A stretch of 64,000 bases of DNA from an uncultured delta proteobacterium (GTDB lineage: Bacteria; Desulfobacterota; Binatia; Binatales; Binataceae). This document shows, one piece after another, positions 58,340-64,000 of this stretch. The notes below the pieces were generated by a model. That model had not been told where the DNA came from, did not search any database, and saw only the letters and a program-made list of their open reading frames with translations. Every line of letters begins with the position of its first letter. Position 1 is the first letter of the stretch. Position numbers and translations under genes: made by a program. The stretch lies in contig CAWCDG010000004.1 of NCBI GenBank assembly GCA_963794325.1, forward strand, positions 352,001-416,000, in the 5' to 3' direction.

Positions 58340-59946
58340 GATTGCACGTGCAGGAAAATGTCGCGGGCGTGCTCGTCGCTGATGCGCTTGACCGACGTGA
58401 TTCGATCGGCGAACTGCGCCAGTGACGACGTCTCCGCCGATCCTACGTCAACCAGCACCGCGAAGATCGAAAAATCCAGTTCGTCTTTGCGCTCGCGCAG
58501 CCGCGCCAGCCAATCGGGACTGACCTGCGATTCACCGTCGGTGATGATCACGATATCGCCGCGCTTGAGTTTCTTTTCGCCGAGCAATTCGACCGCGGCG
58601 TCGATCGGAGTTTCGAAGTCGGTGCCGCCGCCCGGGAAGTACTCGGCCATCTCGACGACCTTGTTCAAATCGGGCTGATAGCGCCGCTCGCGATTGAGGT
58701 CGAGCACTTTGAGGCTGACGTCGCCGGACGAGAACATCACCGCGCGGAACAGGCGGCGCTGGCGGCGCGCGATATCCATCAGCGTGAGCGCGACCGCCTT
58801 CGACCACATCTCCTTGTCGCCCTGCATCGAAGAGCTCACGTCGATGCAAACGACCATCGGGCCCTTGCCCTTCTGTTCGTCATCGCGCAGGCGGTACTGA
58901 AGGACCGTGCCCTCCAGCACGCGGCGATGGAAGTCGCGCTTGAGCACGGGATGATGCATCGCGAGCAGCTCGGCGGGAATCAGGCGTCCGAGCTCCGAGC
59001 CGAGCTCGATGTCGTAGGCCTCGGCGACGCCGCGCTCGAGAGTCTTGCGCTTGAGCGCGCGCGCGTCCTGCTTGAATCGCCCGACCATCCGCGCCAACTC
59101 GCCAAGCTTCTTGTTGCGCGCGAGGCGCCGTCCCAGCTCGAGGCGCGCACCCGCCGCGACGCGTCCACCCTGGCCGAACTCGCGGCTGAAGTCGTGGCTG
59201 TCCTCGGCCGCCTGATCGATTTCGGCAGCCAGCTCGCCGGTCTTGAGCTGCATCCGCTTGAGCGCGCTTTGATCCGCGCCCTTCAGTTGAGTTTCGAACT
59301 GCCGCGACTTCTGATTGAGCCGCGCTTCTGAGACTTTCGCCGCGCGCTCGGCCGCATCGGCCATCTCGGATAACTCTTTCTTAGCCGCCTGATCCTTCGG
59401 TTCTTCGGCCGGTGCGGATTCGCCTTCTTCTTTTTCCTGGATCTCGTTGACCGCTTTCACCGCCTCGGCGCGCGCTTCGAGATCCTGTTCCTGCCGCGCG
59501 AGGTCCCACAGATCGAGCATCTCGCTGCGGTTGATCAGTTTCTCGGATTTGATCATCTCGAGCGCATGTTCGCTCATTACGATCGCAGCGATCGCAGCTT
59601 TGTCTTCTTCGAGCGCGGTGCGCGAGCGAAGCGCCTGGAACGGCGCCGACGGCACGATTTGCTCGAGGATCGTGCGATTGAGTGCCGCCGCGAGGCGCAC
59701 GTCGCCGGACTTGCGGAGCACCGGATTCATTTTGAACAGCGCGAAGAAAAGATCCTGCACCAACGCGCCGAAATGCGGAACCAGCCGCTCGCCGGTTTCC
59801 GCGAGGTCGGCGAGAGACGGCGCGTCGGCGACGATTTCATTCCAGGTGCGCCGGTCGTAGCTGTCGCTCTCGAACCAGGACGCATTCGCGGGCACGACCG
59901 GAATATAGAGGCGTCGCGGCTTGACGATTTTGGCTTTGCGCGCCAT
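58336..59946 (-). CDS. VWA-domain protein (ViaA-like)
   Basis: MIDAS DVSSSM, GGGTDF, ITDGE; coiled-coil N-terminus. Confidence 0.88.
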   Translation of the reverse strand: MARKAKIVKPRRLYIPVVPANASWFESDSYDRRTWNEIVADAPSLADLAETGERLVPHFGALVQDLFFALFKMNPVLRKSGDVRLAAALNRTILEQIVPSAPFQALRSRTALEEDKAAIAAIVMSEHALEMIKSEKLINRSEMLDLWDLARQEQDLEARAEAVKAVNEIQEKEEGESAPAEEPKDQAAKKELSEMADAAERAAKVSEARLNQKSRQFETQLKGADQSALKRMQLKTGELAAEIDQAAEDSHDFSREFGQGGRVAAGARLELGRRLARNKKLGELARMVGRFKQDARALKRKTLERGVAEAYDIELGSELGRLIPAELLAMHHPVLKRDFHRRVLEGTVLQYRLRDDEQKGKGPMVVCIDVSSSMQGDKEMWSKAVALTLMDIARRQRRLFRAVMFSSGDVSLKVLDLNRERRYQPDLNKVVEMAEYFPGGGTDFETPIDAAVELLGEKKLKRGDIVIITDGESQVSPDWLARLRERKDELDFSIFAVLVDVGSAETSSLAQFADRITSVKRISDEHARDIFLHVQS

Positions 59947-60064
59947 CGGGGATCGATCCTACGTCACAGAATACCTGCTCGCCATCGCACAAATGAACGC
60001 CCTTGCGTTACGATGACGCTTGAATGTATCGCTGGATGCGTAACACAATTGTAATCAGCACCAG

Positions 60065-61108
60065 ATGACACAGGAATCTTCAGGCACCACGCTTTCGAAC
60101 CGGCAGCACGCGCTGGTGTTGGCGGCGGTGCAGGAGTTCGTCGCGACTGCCGAGCCAGTAGGTTCCGCGCAGATTGTCGCGCGGCATCAGCTGGGCGTGC
60201 GCGCCGCGATGGTCCGCAACATGATGGCCGAGCTCGAAGAAGGCGGCTACCTGCGTCAGCCGCATACATCGGCAGGGCGGGTTCCCACTGAAAAAGCGTT
60301 CCGCTACTACGTCGATCATCTCGCGGCGGCAACTCGAATCGGCTTCGAGGATCGCGCGCAAATCGAACTCCATTACTCGAGCGCCGTACGAAATCTCGGC
60401 GAAGTCCTGCGCGATACACCCAGGCTGCTCTCACTTCTGACCGGACAGGCCGCGCTGGTGATGGCGCCGCGGCTCGAGGCCTCGATTATCGAGCGCGTCA
60501 ATTTCGTCCGCCTTCGCGATAACCAGGTGCTGGCAGTTTTCGTCGCCGCGAAAGGCGCGATGCAGAATCGAATCGTCGATACCGAACGAGACCATTCGCA
60601 GGACGAGCTCGATCGGATGGCGCGGTACCTGAACGAATCGCTCGAAGGGCGATCGCTCGACGAGGCGCGCCGCTGGATCGAAGCGCAACTGCGTGAGGAA
60701 CGCGCCAACTACGATCGCTTCATGCACGACGCGCTCGCGCTCGGCGAGGCGCTAGCCGGTTACGTCGGGCGTACCGAGTTGTATGTCGAGGGCAGCCTGC
60801 AGGCGCTCGAGCAGCCGGAGTTCTCCGATCGCGGCAAGATGCGCGAATTGCTGCGCGCACTCGACGACAAAACCGCCCTGCTCGAATTGCTCGAACGCAG
60901 CCTGACTCATGCCGGCCTGACCGTGTCGATCGGTTCCGAGAACTACGACCCGCGCCTGTCGTCATTGAGCGTCGTCGCGGCATCGTACGCCAGCGGCCCG
61001 AGCGCGCTTGGCAGCCTGGCAATCGTCGGCCCAGTGCGGATGGACTACGACCGCGTCATCCCGCTGGTCGAGTACACCGCGCGCGCACTGTCGCGGCTGA
61101 TGGAATAA
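60065..61108 (+). CDS. hrcA: Heat-inducible transcriptional repressor HrcA
   Basis: EPVGS, QPHTSAGRVPT, VGPVRMDY. Confidence 0.95.
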   Translation: MTQESSGTTLSNRQHALVLAAVQEFVATAEPVGSAQIVARHQLGVRAAMVRNMMAELEEGGYLRQPHTSAGRVPTEKAFRYYVDHLAAATRIGFEDRAQIELHYSSAVRNLGEVLRDTPRLLSLLTGQAALVMAPRLEASIIERVNFVRLRDNQVLAVFVAAKGAMQNRIVDTERDHSQDELDRMARYLNESLEGRSLDEARRWIEAQLREERANYDRFMHDALALGEALAGYVGRTELYVEGSLQALEQPEFSDRGKMRELLRALDDKTALLELLERSLTHAGLTVSIGSENYDPRLSSLSVVAASYASGPSALGSLAIVGPVRMDYDRVIPLVEYTARALSRLME

Positions 61109-61119
61109 CTTAGAAAGGA

Positions 61120-61353
61120 ACTTTATTGAATGTGAAACCCTTCGCGGGTTTCACGCTTCCGCGGCAGGGGTGACCCCTGCACCCAGTAATAATAAGAACA
61201 GAGCAGGATGCGGGACGGAGTTTACTCTGTGAGTACTCGTAGGGTCCCTGTTAGAAGTTTTTTTGTGTCATTCTAGAGCGAAAGATGCTGTAGCGAAGAA
61301 TCCCGGCTCCTTCTTCCCTCTCCCTGTTAGGGAGAGGATCAAGGTGAGGGTCC
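61120..61353. repeat. Mosaic repeat cluster: family A arm, family D, family E
   Basis: A arm ~61120-61257, GTCATTCTAGAGCGAA near 61267, CCCTCTCCC..GGGAGAGG..GGTGAGGGTCC near 61316. Confidence 0.75.
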
Positions 61354-61467
61354 GATTACAGCGCGCTCTTTTGCGCGCGATTCAAGATTCTGCGCACGGG
61401 TGTGGCGATTCTCCGGCGGCCTCTCGCAGTTGATCGAGCACTTGGATAAACTCGCAGTTACGCTGCG

Positions 61468-62673
61468 ATGTACTCCGCTCGAGCACGTTTGTTGTTCGCA
61501 ATTTTTGCGTTCGCGTTGCTCTCCGGAGCTAGCGCATCCCGGCGCGCCCTACCCCAGGACGCATACATCTGGCAGCGCAAGTGGACTCCAGCCCTCCGTG
61601 TCGCGCTGAAACAATCGCCCGACCTCGTTCGTGCGTGGCGAGTGCTGGCTGCTTATTCGGATGACGGTGGCCGTCTGCAAGCGGTGGCCGTCGATTGGAA
61701 AGCGTTGAAGAGTAGCGGCCGGCCGGTAATTGCGGTCGTGCGAATCAACGGCCAGCTCGCGCGATACAACGACGATCGGCTGCTCGGCGACCTGGACGGT
61801 CTGTTATCGCGATGGCGGCAAATGAGCACGCCGATCGCCGGCCTCGAGATCGATCATGATTGTGGCAGCGCCAGACTCGCGGCGTATGCGAAGTTTCTTG
61901 CGCGTGTTCGCGCGCATCTCGACCACACGATTCCCTTGTCGATAACCGCGCTGCCGGCGTGGCTATCCTCGCCTGAGCTTGACGCCGTATTCGCGCCGAC
62001 GAGTGAGGTCGTCCTGCAGGTGCACATGGTGCAAAATCCGCGCGCAGGACTGTTCGATCCGGTGCAGGCACGCCGATGGATACAAGAAATGTCTCATCGC
62101 ACGGACAAACCGTTTCGTGTTGCGCTTCCCGCATACGGGGTGCGGGTCACGTGGCGAGGAGACGGGAGCATGCTCGCCGTCGAAAGCGAGGAGCCGCTCC
62201 TCGCCGGCGGCTATTCGGCGAGCGAAATGATCGTCTCGCCAGAAGCGGTGTCAGGCGCTGCTGCGCGACCTCGAACGCGACGCGCCGGCCTGGCTTACTG
62301 GAATCGTATGGTTCCGGCTCCCGGTCGCCGGCGATGTTCGCGCATGGAGTCCCGAGACCTGGCGCGCGGTGGTCATGGGCAAGCCATTGCGACCACGGGT
62401 CGAGGCGATCGTCGAAAAGAGCGTGATACCGGGAATGAACAATATCGTACTGATTAACCAGGGAGACGTGGACGGTAGTATTGCCGCAGACGAATCGATC
62501 TGCCAGCTTCGTGCACGATAGCCGACGGGATCAATGGCTATACCCTTGCGCATAGCCAATCGGGACTCTCGATTGAGCGCCAGCAGGATGGACTGCTGCC
62601 CGGCCATCAGCGGCGATTGGTCGGCTGGATGCGTTGCACTCCGGCTCAGGTGGCAATTCATGCGCAACATTAA
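61468..62673 (+). CDS. DUF3142 family protein with frameshifts near 62252 and 62478
   Basis: YIWQRKW, EIDHDC, SITALPAW, VLQVH; continues with WFRLP...D.RAWS in another frame. Confidence 0.75.
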
Positions 62674-64000
62674 GCTTCAGCTGATCGTCGGGCTCGTCAT
62701 TCTGTGTACGGAGACCTCGGTTGCACTCGCATGCGCGTTCGTCTTCCCGTGGCAACTGCTCGACAACCGGGAAGAGACGCTCGATAAAATGCCGGTCGAG
62801 GAACACAGTTTTGCGTGGGCCGAGGCGCACGCTTTCCCCTCGTCCAAAGACAAACTGATCGCTGTAGACGAACGAAGACTCGGACGAACCGGAGGCGGTG
62901 ACTCACGCGGAGGTCACCGGACTGTCTTCCGATCAGGCCGAGGTCGTGCGCCAAATGCGGCTGGAGACTACCGGCGATAGTGCATTCAATAGAGGCGCAA
63001 TGCTGCCCGCGTCCGTTCGGCTCTATACGGCCGGCGCTGTCGATTTTCACAAGAAATGATTCGGCCAAAGCGATCAGACGATTCAAGGCGATCCTCGACC
63101 TGCCCGCGAGCGAGCGCCGCGACCGCGAGGTTTGGGCTGCCTACATGCTCGGCCGGCTTTACGGCCGCAAGGGAGAAATTGGGGAAGCGTCCAAGTCATT
63201 CGCATTGACGCGCGAGTTGGTGAACAACGGTGCGCCCGACCCGCTGGGCCTCGGCGTTGCGAGCTTCGGAGAGGAAGCTCGGCTTCATCTCAAGCGCGCG
63301 CAAGCCTTGCAAAAGGTCGAGAAGATGTCTGCGAAGCAGCGGAGAGAAAACGACCATGAAATCATCGCTGCGGTCAGGCTCTATGCCAAACAGGCTGCCC
63401 ACGGCTCGACCATTGGCATCGACTCGCTGCGGGAGGTGATAGATGAGGTGCTCGGTTACGATTCCGATGGCGCGATTTGCGATCCGATTGTTCAGCGGTT
63501 GTTGGTGACGCGAACGCTCAATGCCGATACTTTGCCTGACAGCGATCGCACCCCATCCACTTCCCAGATCTCGGGGCTGGTCAGGTCGGTACAGAAGTGC
63601 GGCTCCAGCAATCTCATCGATGCCGACCGGTTGGCTGCCATCGCATATCGCGACGGTGACTACCAGCTCGCGCATACTCTCGCGACTCAGATGACGACCC
63701 CGCTCGCCATGTGGGTGCAGGCAAGACTGCAAATGCAAAAGGGAGACGTTGGCGAAGCCGCAAAATATTACGCGGCGGCATCAAAGGCGTTTCCGCCTTC
63801 CGGCGACGCGAGTGAAGCCGATCAACGGGCCCAGGCGCTGCTGGTCGGAGAGAATGGCGTCCTGACGCTGTCGCGCGGGGAATATGTCGACGCTCTAGAA
63901 CAGCTCTATCCTTACGCGGCCACATTCTGGGGCGATGTCGCGTACATCGCGGAACGGGTGCTCACCGTCGATGAGCTCAAGACCTTCGTCGATACTCATA
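62660..64000 (+). CDS. Secreted TPR-like protein, probable DUF3142 partner; frameshifts near 62875 and 63054; runs off window
   Basis: Signal peptide + CAFVFPWQLLDNR, then LYTAGAVDF, WAAYMLGR, DPLGLGVASFGEEAR in successive frames. Confidence 0.7.

Noticed and set aside
59950-60064. CIRCE element upstream of hrcA
   Set aside because: No TTAGCACTC-N9-GAGTGCTAA match
19640-63060. Frameshifts in the NHL gene, lutA (~29194), DUF3142 and its partner as programmed frameshifting or pseudogenes
   Set aside because: They are scattered single-base indels in otherwise intact genes with no slippery motifs; sequencing or assembly error is more likely (check raw reads)

Overview
GC-rich bacterial chromosome segment. 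Gene style (CSLREA, NHL and Ig-like surface proteins with Thr/Ala linkers, class II-like PhaC) suggests a Binatota/Deltaproteobacteria-like organism, but this is inference only. It carries mostly housekeeping and metabolic genes (ATP-dependent ligase, ltaE, cysS, fabG, queG, lutBCA, phaC, nrdJ, dciA, thpR-recA, hrcA) and two large secreted adhesin-like genes. No tRNA, rRNA, CRISPR array or classical transposase was seen. The most interesting signals are: (1) a ~630 bp unit (36899-37532) in which a DUF559 endonuclease gene is enclosed by ~124 bp inverted repeats, whose core hairpin is also found dispersed in the window; (2) several intermixed REP/MITE-like repeat families, some bracketing gene blocks or translated inside proteins; (3) a UGA-interrupted AhpC/TSA-like selenoprotein with a SECIS-like hairpin, which the ORF track misses; (4) two candidate ncRNAs; (5) an abrupt codon-usage switch inside fabG next to a low-GC gene. 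Several genes have single-base frameshifts that are probably sequencing errors.
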